A stretch of DNA of 64,000 bases, taken from a virus. The notes below the pieces were generated by a model that did no database searches, was not told the origin of the DNA, and saw only the letters and a program-made list of their open reading frames with translations. The stretch is from positions 1 to 64,000 of the IMG/VR virus record IMGVR_UViG_3300025133_000077; one strand, 5' to 3'. The position numbers and the translations under genes are program-made. This document shows, one piece after another, positions 1-10,700 of the stretch (the stretch's first letter is position 1; each line of letters opens with the position of its first letter).

Positions 1-1114
1 TCTCCACGTTGTCCCCGGCCTGGACCCGAACCGTTCCCGCGGCCTCCAGGAGCCACGACTTCTCCAGGGACCAGTTCACACTGCCGTCCTTGGTGATCTG
101 CATGGACACCTGCACAGCTGCTTCTTCGCCTTCCCCCTCGCCCTCCTTGTCCTGCGAGGTGCTGAACCCCAACAGAGAGTTGGCGGTGCCGGAGCGCGAC
201 ACCTTGAGCGAGGTGTCCTCCCCTGTCTGGGGGGTGGAGAGGCGGAGCTTGCCGTCGTCCAGGATCTTGTACTTCAGGCTCTCGCCCTGGAGAGCCGCGC
301 TCAGTACTCGCGAGAGCTCCTCTTCGTCCTCGGCATCTCCGTCGAGGGTGATGGTCTGCTCAGCCTTCTCTTCGCCTTCGATGGTCCGAGTCACGATGAG
401 GGTCTTGCCGTCCAGGAGCAGCGGGTAGGGGCCGAGGGTCACCTCCACCTGCGCCGGCTGAGCTCCGCCGTTGTAGACCGCCAAGCTGATGGCAGGGTCG
501 TCCGTCTCGTCCCCGTGATGACCCAGGACCATCTCCGCGACCGGGAAGGGGCTGTCCGCCTTCTCCTTCGCGTAGATCTTGCATCGAGTGGGCCGGTCCC
601 CGGTCGTCGTGGTCTCGTCTCGGTCGACCTCCCAGAGGAAGTCCCCTCCGAAGGTCCGCAGGTGGTAGGCCTCGCACATGTCCCGGATGATGTTGTTGAT
701 CGGGAGGTACAGCCGCTGGGCCAGGGGAGTGGCCTGGATCTGCACTACTCCGCCCCGCCGCACGAACACCGAGTTGCCGTCGCGGGTCCCCAGGTAGATG
801 TCCCCGGGGTTCATCGGCCGCCGGCCGGACTGGTAGCTGCCCTGCTCGTTCCAGGCTGCTCCGAAGCCGAGGATGAACGCCTTGTCGTCGAACTCGCTGG
901 ACTGGCAGACCCAACACATGCTGCCGGCCTCCGGCATCACCGAGATGCCTTCCCCCTCGGCGTGGTGCAGGTAGGGAGACATCAGCGGGATGCTCATCCA
1001 CCTCTTCGCGGAGTTCTGGGAGGCGACGTCGACGGAGTAGGTGCGGACGTTGACGTCGTAGACCACCCCGGACTCGATGACGGGCGTGCCGAACGAGGAG
1101 ACGGCTGCGGTCAC
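1..1114 (-). CDS. Putative baseplate spike/puncturing protein (gp5/gpV-like N-terminal OB fold); runs off the left edge
   Basis: Absent from the ORF track because there is no stop in the window. Hand translation gives MTAAVSSFGTPVIESGVVYDVNVRTYSVDV...SPYLHHAEGEGISVMPEAGSMCWVCQ...AFILGF, which resembles the gp5/VgrG OB-fold G..G...P..G..V.V pattern. The GTG start overlaps the upstream TGA and follows a GAGGAG SD. Confidence 0.6.
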   Translation of the reverse strand, partial: MTAAVSSFGTPVIESGVVYDVNVRTYSVDVASQNSAKRWMSIPLMSPYLHHAEGEGISVMPEAGSMCWVCQSSEFDDKAFILGFGAAWNEQGSYQSGRRPMNPGDIYLGTRDGNSVFVRRGGVVQIQATPLAQRLYLPINNIIRDMCEAYHLRTFGGDFLWEVDRDETTTTGDRPTRCKIYAKEKADSPFPVAEMVLGHHGDETDDPAISLAVYNGGAQPAQVEVTLGPYPLLLDGKTLIVTRTIEGEEKAEQTITLDGDAEDEEELSRVLSAALQGESLKYKILDDGKLRLSTPQTGEDTSLKVSRSGTANSLLGFSTSQDKEGEGEGEEAAVQVSMQITKDGSVNWSLEKSWLLEAAGTVRVQAGDNVE

Positions 1115-1467
1115 GGGCACTCCTCGGCGAGCCCCTGGGCTAGCAGCAGGCTCGCCAGGTCACCGGCGAGGGGCTCCCCGTGGCTGTCCATGGGGTACAC
1201 CAAGGCCAGCCAGCGGCCGTACTTGCCGCTCTTGTCCTTGAAGGTGCGGAGCAGCACGGGCTTGTTGAGCACGCGCTCCCTCACGAAGTCGCGGGCCTCT
1301 CGAGCCAGCGCCTTCGTCTCCTCGGTACCTCCTCGGAGCTCGGGCGTGTCGATGCCCTTGAGGCGGAGCTTCTGCTTCTTGAGCACGACGCCGAAGCCGA
1401 GGTCGATGTCCACGGTGAGGGTGTCGCCGTCGTAGACGGCCGTGACGAAGGCGCGGTACTCGTACAT
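1111..1467 (-). CDS. Thermonuclease (staphylococcal nuclease-like), no signal peptide
   Basis: Motifs YDGDT, LRLKGIDTPE and KYGRWLA. The ATG at 1467 overlaps the upstream stop (TGATG). Confidence 0.9.
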   Translation of the reverse strand: MYEYRAFVTAVYDGDTLTVDIDLGFGVVLKKQKLRLKGIDTPELRGGTEETKALAREARDFVRERVLNKPVLLRTFKDKSGKYGRWLALVYPMDSHGEPLAGDLASLLLAQGLAEECP

Positions 1468-4400
1468 CAGGTCCCCTTGCGGGCCCATCCCTGGCGCTTC
1501 TTGTAGCGGATCGGCTTCGGGCGGCCCTGCCGGCGGACGCTCTTCAGCAGCTTGTTGGCGTTGGTGTCCATCTGCTTCGGCAGGATGCCACGGCCCGTCT
1601 TGTCCTTGGCCAGCCCCTTCTTCGGGGCGACCCCGACGAGCCCTCGCTCCGGGATGTAGATCTTGCGGTAGTCCACCGTGACCTCTTCACCCGCCTCCAG
1701 CTCCCGCAGAGCCACCAGGTAGCGGGCCTTGCCCTTCTTCTTGATCTCGGCGTTGGGCTCGTAGCTGTGGTTCGTCTTCCGGCCCTCCGGCGACTGCATC
1801 CCGCGCTCGTCGAAGGCGACGGCGATGGGCTTGCCCTTCTTGACGGGCTCGTCGGTGAAGAAGCCCTTGCCGTGGATCTTGGACGGGTGGACGGCTGCCT
1901 TCTTCTGCAGGGGCAGGTGGTAGCGCAGGAACATCGAGCTCGGCTGGTACTTGTGCAGGAACTCCGACGGCACGTCGGAGGGCCTGAAGTCCTTCCCCAG
2001 CAACGGCTTCCCGTCCTTCGCAGCCCCGCGGTTGTGCTCCTTGCGGATCCTCCTCCGCTCAGCACGACTTCCGAAGCGGATGCCTGGCGTCTTCGCCCAG
2101 ACCGCCTTGCCCTGGTCGTCGGCCTCGGCCCCGACGTGGGTGGCTCCCAGGGACTTGCCGGCCTGCGCGATGCCCTTCATCCCCGCCGCTCCGATGCCAC
2201 GACGACGGAACTCCGGCTTCAGGTACATCGAATCCGCCTCGACGTGCCACTTGCCGCGCAGCAGCTTCTTCTTGAGCGTCAGGTCCGCGGTGCCGTACGA
2301 GAAAGCGTGATCGTCCTCTTGGAAAGGGTTCTTGTCGCCGTCGGTGCGCAGATGGATGGTGGCCTTGGGGCTCATGAACCCCAGCCCTCGGTACGTCTCC
2401 ACCTTGTGGAGCTTGGTGTGCTCGGGCAGGTGCTGCGGAATCGCCTTCTCCAGGTGCTCCCGCAGCACCTTCGGCCGATCCCGCCACCTGGTCTTCGCCA
2501 GCAGCTCGGAAGCCTCCTTCTTCCGCGGGGTCCGAGAAAGCACGAAGCGCTCCTGGGCCGTCAGCGCCTTCTTCCGCCCCTTCGCCACCTTGGCCATCAC
2601 CAAGGCCGTGGAGATGCGCTTCCCGCGCACCGAGCGGTTCCTGAGCGCCTTCTTGAAGTCCTCCACCGAGCAGGCGGAGAGCGAGCCGAAGAACTTGGGG
2701 TTGTCGTAGGCGCGCAGGTACTCCCGCTTCGCCTCCTTCGCCGAGGTGAAGCCGAGCATCACCTTGTCCTCGTCGAAGACCTTGAAGCCGGGCGCCTTCA
2801 TCTGGTGGACGATGTAGACGATGTCGCTCTTCTCGTTCGGGCCCACGTAGACGTCGACGGGGTCGCCGTCGGCGCCGAGGCTCCGCGGCACCTCGCCGTA
2901 GTGGTGCGGCATCACCGTCCGCCACTCCTTGCCCTTGGGGCCCTTGCCCTTGCGCACGGAGCCGCGCTTGTTCTCGATGTTGATCTTGATGCCCTGGAAG
3001 GTGCAGGTGCCCTGGTAGGGGAACTCCTTCCGGTTCCTCTTCGGGGGTGACGTGATCTTGACGGCCGCCGTCTTCGCCTGCCCCGGGGGCTTCGGAGGGG
3101 CGGGCGGCTTCGGCAGCTTGAAGATCTTGCCGCCGGACTCCACCTGCGCTGCTCCCTGCGGAGATCCGAACCGGCGAATCTGCTGCTGCAGGGCGGCCGG
3201 GGCGTGGACCATGCGCTGATCTTGCCCAGCGTCTGCGGCTGCGGTCCTGCCCCGGCGGAGGGCGGACCACGCCCTGTGCATGGGGCTGCCTCGGTACTGC
3301 TCCGTCGGGGCGTTCGAGATGCCTCCCTTCGCGCGGATGAAGCCGAATGCCTGCTTCTGCATCGCGGCCTCGCGAGCATGCCGCTCCCGCCGGGCGCGCA
3401 AGAGGCGGTGCACCCCGTACCCCGCCAGTGCCGTGGCACCGACTGCCGCTCCGCCGATAGCCACCTGTCTGCCTGTCGGCCTCCAGCCGCGCGCTGCGGA
3501 GGGGGGAGCCGAAGTAGGAGTCGGAGCTGGAGTGGGCCGGGAAGCCACCACCTTCTCGGCCACCTGCTTCGCCGCCGGGGCAGCGGCGGGAGCCGGGCGG
3601 GAAGCCACCACCTTCGCAGCTACCTGCTTCGCTGCGGGCGCGGACTTGGCCGCAGCCTCTTGCTTCACCTTCGCTGCAGCAGCGTCCCGCTGCTTCTGGA
3701 AGGCAACGGGACTGACCCCTGCTCGCCGGGCAGGACGCACCACGTCCCGGTGATACCTCTGGTTCTTCAGAGTCTGCTGGTGCCAGTCCAGTTCCTCCGT
3801 CGGCCTACCCGTCCTGACCTTCTCCTGGAGCAGCTCGTGCAGCTTCCTGTGCCGGTGCTCCACCGGGCCCGCTCGATTCTTGAGCAGGTGTCGACTGTGC
3901 CGAAGTTGCGACCTGTCGCCGCCTTCGCGGACCTTCTTCTCGAGGTCCAGGCTGTCCAGGTACTCCAGACGCTTCCACGTCTGCATGTCCTGGCGAGACG
4001 GTTCTCCCGGCCTCCACTTCGGCTCGGCAGGCCGCTTGAGGGTCGAGGGATCCCGCTCTCGCAGGTACCGCGGCTTCCCTGCCATCTTCTCGTGTCCGCC
4101 CAGCACCTGCCGCACCATCATCTGCACGACCGCCCAGAGCTCTGGGCGGTCCATGTCGTCAAGGTGCTGCTTGCCAACTGCCCGTTGACAATCCGCCATG
4201 AAGGCGGGGGAGTTGTCCCATTCCACCCCCAGGTGGTCAGCGATTGCGTGGACCTGCTCCTGGTCGAGCTCCGTGAAGCCGCGGCCCTTGCCCAGGTTCT
4301 GCAGCCACTCCGCGGTGTGCTGGGGCGTGCTGTACCTGCGCTCCTTCCACAGCTGTGGATGAAGGCTGTGGGCAACCCCGTGCCGCTCGAAGAGGGCGAT

Positions 4401-4769
4401 GGTCTGGTCGAGGCCGAACTTGTCGCAGGCCATCTCGAGGTGGATGGTCGGCCGGAAGTCCCGGAGGTACTCCTCGTCGGTGCGGGCGTCGACGACGTGA
4501 CCGAGGTCGTGGTAGCCGGACCAGGCCCGGTCCTCCAGGGAGACCGGGACTCCGCGCCGGCGCATGGCGAGGTAGATGACCTTGTTGACCTCGTCCTGCG
4601 CCGCGTAGCTGGGCATGTCCTCCAGGATGTGGAGGCGGTACCCGTACTTGGCGAGCTCCCCCTCGAGGTTCGAGAGCACGAGCTTCCACGCCCGGCCCTC
4701 CTCCCTCTCGGGAGGACGGTCTACCGCAGCTCCCGTCTTGACGAAGTCGACGAAGTCTTCAGTACGCAT
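1467..4769 (-). CDS. 1100-aa polyvalent protein: zincin-like N-terminus, Ala/Pro/Lys linker, hydrophobic helix, InPase (inorganic pyrophosphatase-like), GNAT acetyltransferase and SET domains
   Basis: HDLGH...E near the N-terminus. InPase: IENKRGSVR...HYGEVPRSLGADGDPVDVYVG...FDEDKVMLGF. GNAT motif A: YLKPEFRRRGIG. SET: SKIHGKGFFT...NHSYEPNA...ALRELEAGEEVTVDY. Confidence 0.8.
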   Translation of the reverse strand: MRTEDFVDFVKTGAAVDRPPEREEGRAWKLVLSNLEGELAKYGYRLHILEDMPSYAAQDEVNKVIYLAMRRRGVPVSLEDRAWSGYHDLGHVVDARTDEEYLRDFRPTIHLEMACDKFGLDQTIALFERHGVAHSLHPQLWKERRYSTPQHTAEWLQNLGKGRGFTELDQEQVHAIADHLGVEWDNSPAFMADCQRAVGKQHLDDMDRPELWAVVQMMVRQVLGGHEKMAGKPRYLRERDPSTLKRPAEPKWRPGEPSRQDMQTWKRLEYLDSLDLEKKVREGGDRSQLRHSRHLLKNRAGPVEHRHRKLHELLQEKVRTGRPTEELDWHQQTLKNQRYHRDVVRPARRAGVSPVAFQKQRDAAAAKVKQEAAAKSAPAAKQVAAKVVASRPAPAAAPAAKQVAEKVVASRPTPAPTPTSAPPSAARGWRPTGRQVAIGGAAVGATALAGYGVHRLLRARRERHAREAAMQKQAFGFIRAKGGISNAPTEQYRGSPMHRAWSALRRGRTAAADAGQDQRMVHAPAALQQQIRRFGSPQGAAQVESGGKIFKLPKPPAPPKPPGQAKTAAVKITSPPKRNRKEFPYQGTCTFQGIKINIENKRGSVRKGKGPKGKEWRTVMPHHYGEVPRSLGADGDPVDVYVGPNEKSDIVYIVHQMKAPGFKVFDEDKVMLGFTSAKEAKREYLRAYDNPKFFGSLSACSVEDFKKALRNRSVRGKRISTALVMAKVAKGRKKALTAQERFVLSRTPRKKEASELLAKTRWRDRPKVLREHLEKAIPQHLPEHTKLHKVETYRGLGFMSPKATIHLRTDGDKNPFQEDDHAFSYGTADLTLKKKLLRGKWHVEADSMYLKPEFRRRGIGAAGMKGIAQAGKSLGATHVGAEADDQGKAVWAKTPGIRFGSRAERRRIRKEHNRGAAKDGKPLLGKDFRPSDVPSEFLHKYQPSSMFLRYHLPLQKKAAVHPSKIHGKGFFTDEPVKKGKPIAVAFDERGMQSPEGRKTNHSYEPNAEIKKKGKARYLVALRELEAGEEVTVDYRKIYIPERGLVGVAPKKGLAKDKTGRGILPKQMDTNANKLLKSVRRQGRPKPIRYKKRQGWARKGT
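3538..3650 (-). repeat. Imperfect 60-bp tandem duplication in the linker of the polyvalent protein
   Basis: Two copies of cgggaagccaccaccttc...cacctgcttcgc 60 nt apart, encoding APAAKQVA(A/E)KVVASRP. Confidence 0.8.
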
Positions 4770-7700
4770 AGGGCTTCTTCTCCGTGCCCTTCCCGAACTG
4801 CGTGCCCAACACCAGCCCGGGGATCGGGTTCGTCCCGTGGATGTTGGTCTTCCAGCCCTGGGCTCCGCCCTCGGTGAGGGTCTTCTTCAGCTCACGGTAG
4901 TTGAGCCGGCCCATCCAGTCCTCGCTGGAGGCCATCGAGACCTCCTGGATGCCCTTGAGCACGGGGTCGTGGTCAGCTCCCTTGCCGCCCTTCTTCCCGA
5001 TCTCCCGGTTCACCTGCTCCAGCTTGGTGGTGGGGACCATGTCCCCTCGCAGGAAGCCGGTGTCCCCGGGCTGCTTGATCATCGAGAGGTTGGTGAGCGA
5101 GCGGACCACGGTCTCCATGTTCCGCTTCTTCACCTTGCCGCCGTAGGCGCCGTGCATCTCGTCGGTGAGGTAGCCCTTGACGCTCTCGATGCCGGCGACT
5201 TCCAGCAGGTGGTGCGGGTTCACGGGGCCGGAGGACAGAGCCTCGCCGAGAGCGACCTCGATCATCAGCGTGCCGCGGAGTGCGCGCATGACCTTGTCGG
5301 AGGGCTTGTTCCTGGCGGGGATGTAGTGGCTCTTCGGCGTGGGGAAGTACTTCCCGTACCGATCCTTGCCGCGGATGTGGACACGCCAGCCGCCGGCGGG
5401 GTCCACCTCGGCCTTCATGATCTGCCCCTTGTACGAGGAGATGGTGGCCTCGCCCGGCAGGGACTTCGTCAGGTGGAGCAGCTGCCCGAGCCGGGTGAAG
5501 GAGTCGGTGCGGCTGGCCTCGGCCTTGCTCACGACACCGCCGGTGTGGAAGGCGTTCATCGAGAGCTGCGTCGCCGGCTCGCCGATGGCCTGGGCCGCCC
5601 AGATGCCCACGTTCTCGCCGAGCGACGGGGAGCTCCCCGCCTCCGTGACGCCGTAGCACATCGCGCACACGCCCTCGGACTCCTCGCACTTCAGCGGGGA
5701 GCGGACGAGGACCTGGGCGACGCCCGAGTTCTTGATCTTGGTCAGCACCTCGGCGGTGAGCAAGGTCTTGCTGGGCACGTCGCCCTTCTTCAGCTTCACG
5801 GGGACCGCGGTGTAGCGGTCGTGGATCTCGGAGTCGGCCACCGACATCAGCACGCCGTTGGTGGTCCCGCAGTCGGGGGAGGTCACCAGCTGGTTGATGT
5901 TGGCGCTGACCAGGTCCTTGGTCAGCTCTCCGGGAGCCTGGGTGCCCTTCACCTTGCCCAGGGTGCCCATGCGAGCGCCGGACAGCGACGCCCAGTACTC
6001 CGCGGCGCTCAGCCCCTCGGAGTAGCTCTTCTTGATGGGGATCGGGACGGCGCTGCCGTTGGGGTCGGTGACCAGCACCGGGGCCAGAGTGAGCTGCTTG
6101 AACTGATCCCAGTTGCCTCGCGCGCCCGACTGCACCATCTCGTACATGCGGTTGCCTGTGCCCTTCATCTTCGCCTTGCCCTCGGCGTCGATCTTGTTCA
6201 GCGCCCCCATGTACGCGTCGACGACGGCCTTGTCGCGGCCCTTGCCCTTCTTCATCGCCTTCGCGGCCTCGCGGTCGGCCTCGGCGAAGTGCTTGTCGCG
6301 GATGTCCGGGCGGGACAGCACGTCCTTCAGGCTGAAGGAGTAGCCCGTGTCGTAGGTGTGCTTGTTGCCCAGCTGGTTCAGCTTGTTGACCGTGATCGAG
6401 AACCTCTGGGGGTGCGCCTTGGCCAACGGAGCCAGCAGGGAGGACACCGCGCCCTTGGTGAGCACCAGCGCCGGGTCCGCCAGGACCTTCTGCCTCTCCT
6501 TGGAGCCCGCGGGGAAGCAGTTGGCCAGCATCAGGCGGCCGACCGTGGTCTTCTGCTGGCCCGCCTCCTTGATCGTCTCGTCGATCTCCGGGGCCCAGTG
6601 CGAGCCTCCTCGCCACCACGCCGCGGTCTTGGTGATCACCGAGGAGCCCACCGTGATCTCCTCGGACGCGGTCACCTTCCCCTTCTTGTACGCCTTGATG
6701 GCGTCGTCGGCGGAGACGAAGGTCTTGCCCGTGCCCTTGCCCCACTTGCTCAGCTGGTAGAGGCCGAGCTGCGCCTCCTGGCTGGGCAGGTTCATCAGCC
6801 GGCCGGAGGAGGCGCTGAACAGGTTGTTCGAGGGCACCATCTTGCGGGCCTCGGCCACAGCCTCCTGGGTCAGTGGAACGTAGATCGCCGTGGTGTCGCC
6901 GTCGAAGTCCGCGTTGAACCCGCCGGTCACCAGGGGGTGGATGCGGATGGCCTTCCCCTTCACCAGCTTCGGGTGGAAGGCCATGATCCCGTGCTTGTGG
7001 AGCACGGGGTCACGCTTCATCAGCACCGGGCGGTCCCGCACGACGGACTCGAGCGCCTTCTTCGCCACCGGATCGTTCTGCTTCACCGCGAGCTGGGCAC
7101 GCAGCGGGGAGTAGCCGAAGACCTGGACCAGCTCCCGCACGACGAAGGGCTTGTACATCTCCATCGCCGCCTTCTGGGGCAGCCCCACCTCGTCCAGTCC
7201 CATCGACTGCTCGGGGATGATCGTGGAGCGCATGGACAGGTCCATGCGGCGGCCGATGATCTTGTTCTGGAAGTAGCCCGACTTCGGCTGCGTCCCCTTC
7301 ACGGTCTCGAGCACGCCGCGGTAGTGCCGGCCCTGGTACTTCTGGCCGTCCATGGTCAGCGCCTTGAGCCCGTCGTACAGCTCGCGGTACAGCGGCACCT
7401 TCTGGTTCTGGGGGAGGCCGGGGTCGAAGTCGCGGAGCTTCTGGTTCGTGAGGGACAGCCCCTTGTAGAGCTGGTTCACGTCGGCCGCCGTGGTGTTGCC
7501 GCTGTCCATCACGGACACGGGGCGGAACTTGGGCGGCATGATCGGGATGTGCTTCCGCATGTACGCGTCGGCGGGGTTGAGCTCGGCCGCCTTCAGCGCC
7601 TGGAGGTAGCGGACACGCCGGCGCAGCCGGCTGAGCTTGTACTTGCGCGCACCCTTCAGGGCGGTCAGCGTCTTCTTCAGCTCTGCGTCCAGGTCCAGGC

Positions 7701-10700
7701 CCCGGAGCGCCTTCTCGATGCCCTCGGCGCCCTTGCCTCCGCCGGGGACCTCCTTCTCGTGCCCCACGATCGCAGCGATGTCCCCCTTCTTGAGGTCCAG
7801 CAGCGACGTGATCGCGTTGTCGAACAGGGGGTTGGGCAGCGCTGTCTCCAGGGTCATGTGCCCCCAGCGCTGCTTGTCCGCGTGCTCCGGGTGCAGGGAG
7901 CCGAAGATCTTCTCGTCGAAGATGCCTCCCTTCTCCGGCTTCATGTCCTTGCCCCGGAACATCCGGCCCGGGTCAGCGACGTGCCCGTTGCTCAGCCCCA
8001 GGACCTGCTTGTCCGTGAGGGGCTTGAGCTGCATCTCGTCGCCCTTCTTCTCCACGTCGAGCCCCATGGTCTTCAGGAACCCCTCGAACTTGTGGTAGGT
8101 GAAGGGGATCTTGGGAGCGGGAAGGGCCTGGCCGGAGTGCAGGGCCGTCCACATGTCGGCGTTGTAGTCCGACTTGTGGGTGTACATCTCCCGGAGGTTG
8201 TGCCGCGCGCCGTGGGCGAGCATGGAGTACAGGCCGAGCGCACTCAGGGACTGGGCGCTGGTGCCACCTCCCTCCTTGGGGGAGCGGTCCAGGTTGTACG
8301 GCGCCGACGTGCCACCGGAGCGGGAGGTCATCTTCTTGGAGACCTTGTGCTTCATCTTGAAGATGTACTGGTTGCCGATCAGCACATCCCCCATCTTCTT
8401 GCCGGTGTCGGGGTCGAAGAGCTCCTCCGTGTCGGACAACCCGTGCTTCTTCAGCTCGGACTGGACCACTCGGCCGTAGTCGGCCTTGCCCTCCTCCTGG
8501 GGGAAGTTGTCGACGTGGTACGCCTTGCCGGACTTCTCCGCGATCTTCCCCGCCAGGGTCTCGAGCACCTGGCCGACGTTGATGCGGGACGGGACGCCGT
8601 GGGGGTTCAGGGCGATGTGGATCTGGTTGCCGTCCTTGGTGACCGGCATCTCCTTGTCGTGCACGATGCGGGAGATGATCCCCTTGTTGCCGTGGCGGCC
8701 GACCAGCTTGTCGCCGACCTGCGCCGGCTCCTCGGTCTTGATGTGGACCTCGATCTGCTTCGCCGTCCGGATGACGCGGACGACCTTGCCCTTGTAGCCC
8801 TTGTCCCAGAGCACCGATCGGTTCGAGTAGTCCTGCACCTTCGAGCGCTTCAGGGCCTGGTAGGCCGCGGCCTCCGAGCCGATCTCCCGCTTCTGCAGCT
8901 TGGCGATGAGGACGTCCCCCTCCTCGACGTCGGAACCGTCCTTGATCACCCCGCGGGGGTCGAGCTTGGCCATCTGCGCCGTCGTCACGGTGCCGGGCGA
9001 GATGTGGGCGAGGAACTTGGCCTTGTCGAACACCGAGTTGCGGTCGATGGTCGTCGACATCCGGTACATGTGCAGGCTGGTGAGCATCGAGGACGCGGAC
9101 TGGGAGATCACCACCCCGTCCTCGAAGTTGTAGCCCTTGAAGGGGACGTAGCCCACGCGGAGGTTCTTGCCGAGGGCGAAGGTCCCGTCCTTCGTGAAGT
9201 TGGTGTCGGCCAGGAGCTGCCCACGCTTCACGCGGTCGCCCACCTTCACCTTCAGGTGGGCGTCGAGGTAGGCCTCGTCCTGGTTGAGGGGGAAGTCCTT
9301 GTAGACCTGGACCTCGTGCTCCTTGCCCGTGCTGTCGCGGATGAACACCGCGTCCTTCACGATCTTCGTCACCACCCCGTTGACCGGCGCCTGGTGGGAG
9401 TTGAAGGAGCCCATCATCTGCTCGAAGGTGTGTCCCTCGCCGGCGTCGGTGGCGCTCTGCACCAGCGGGGCCTCCCGGTGCTTCAACGAGACCACCTGCT
9501 CCTGCATCCGGGACGCCGTCATCGTGCGGTTGCCCTGGTTGTTGTGCAGGAAGGGGATCAGGTTCGTGGGCAGGGAGTACATCCCCTTCGAGGTGAGCAT
9601 CACGTGCGTCACCTCGTTCCAAGGGCGCATCATCACGTCGTTGCCCTTGCCGGCGACGGCGACGTTCTTCGCGTTCTTGGGCAGAGGCATCTCGCCCGCC
9701 CACTTCACCTGGTCGGAGAAGGCCACGACGTACCCCTGGAAGTCGTGCGGAGCCACCTTGTCGATCTTCTTGGTCTTCCGGTTGTACAGGGAGACCCGGA
9801 GCTCTCGGCCCTCCTTCTCCACGCCCAAGGGCAGCTGCAGGGTGATGCCCGTCTTCGCGCCCTCCGGAGTGGTGATGGGGTCCAGGTAGTTCAGGTGCGT
9901 GTTGTTGATCCGCAGTGCCTCCTTCGGCACACGCTGCAGGTCGGACACGGCGCCGGGACCCATGATCGTGGTTCGCATCTGCCCCGACACGAACTCCAGC
10001 GGGTTCGTCTGGTTGGGCATCTGGGCCAGCGACGTGGAGAAGAATGAGCCCATCGGCTTGCCGAAGACCGCGGGGTTGACGATCTGTCTGACCGTGCCCT
10101 TCTTCCCGTCCAGGCCCTGCCGCAGTCGGCGGCCGATCTCAGCGCGGGAGCGGTGCAGTCGGTCGGAGAGGTGGTCCTCGATGGACAGCACGTCCTTGAA
10201 GGCCAGGGACTCGCGGTCGTCCGGGGCAGCCTCACCGCGGGCGAGGCTCAACAGCTTCTTGGAGGAGGTCAGCATGGCCTCCCCGTTCACCGCGGCGAAG
10301 GGCTTGCCGAGCGTGAGCTTGGTGCTGTCCTTCCGCAGCTCCGCCGCGGACAGCGTCTTCCTGACCTCGGCCTGCGCCTCAGCGAGCGTCTCCGCCGACC
10401 CTCCGGTGGTCCTCTTGAGGATCTTGTTCAGGGACTGCAGCTGCTTCTTCTCGTCCCCGTACTTCTTGACCGAGGCGTCGTAGATCTCCCCGCCCCACGC
10501 TTTCTTGATCTTGTCGTCGGGCTCCCCCATCGCCCGGAGCACCGGGTACAGGCCGATGTCCTCCATCGAGCCGAACTTCAAGGTGAAGACGCGCTTCTCG
10601 GGGTGGAAGTAGGACCAGAAGCGGTCCGCCTTCGCGCCCTCCCAGTTGTTGATGTTCCACTGGGTCACCAGGCGCCCCGCCTCGTCCTCCCGGTGGTAGA

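Noticed and set aside
4615-10047. 1810-aa plus-strand ORF
   Set aside because: It is an antisense shadow of the RNAP gene. High GC3 suppresses stops on the opposite strand, and it has no motifs.
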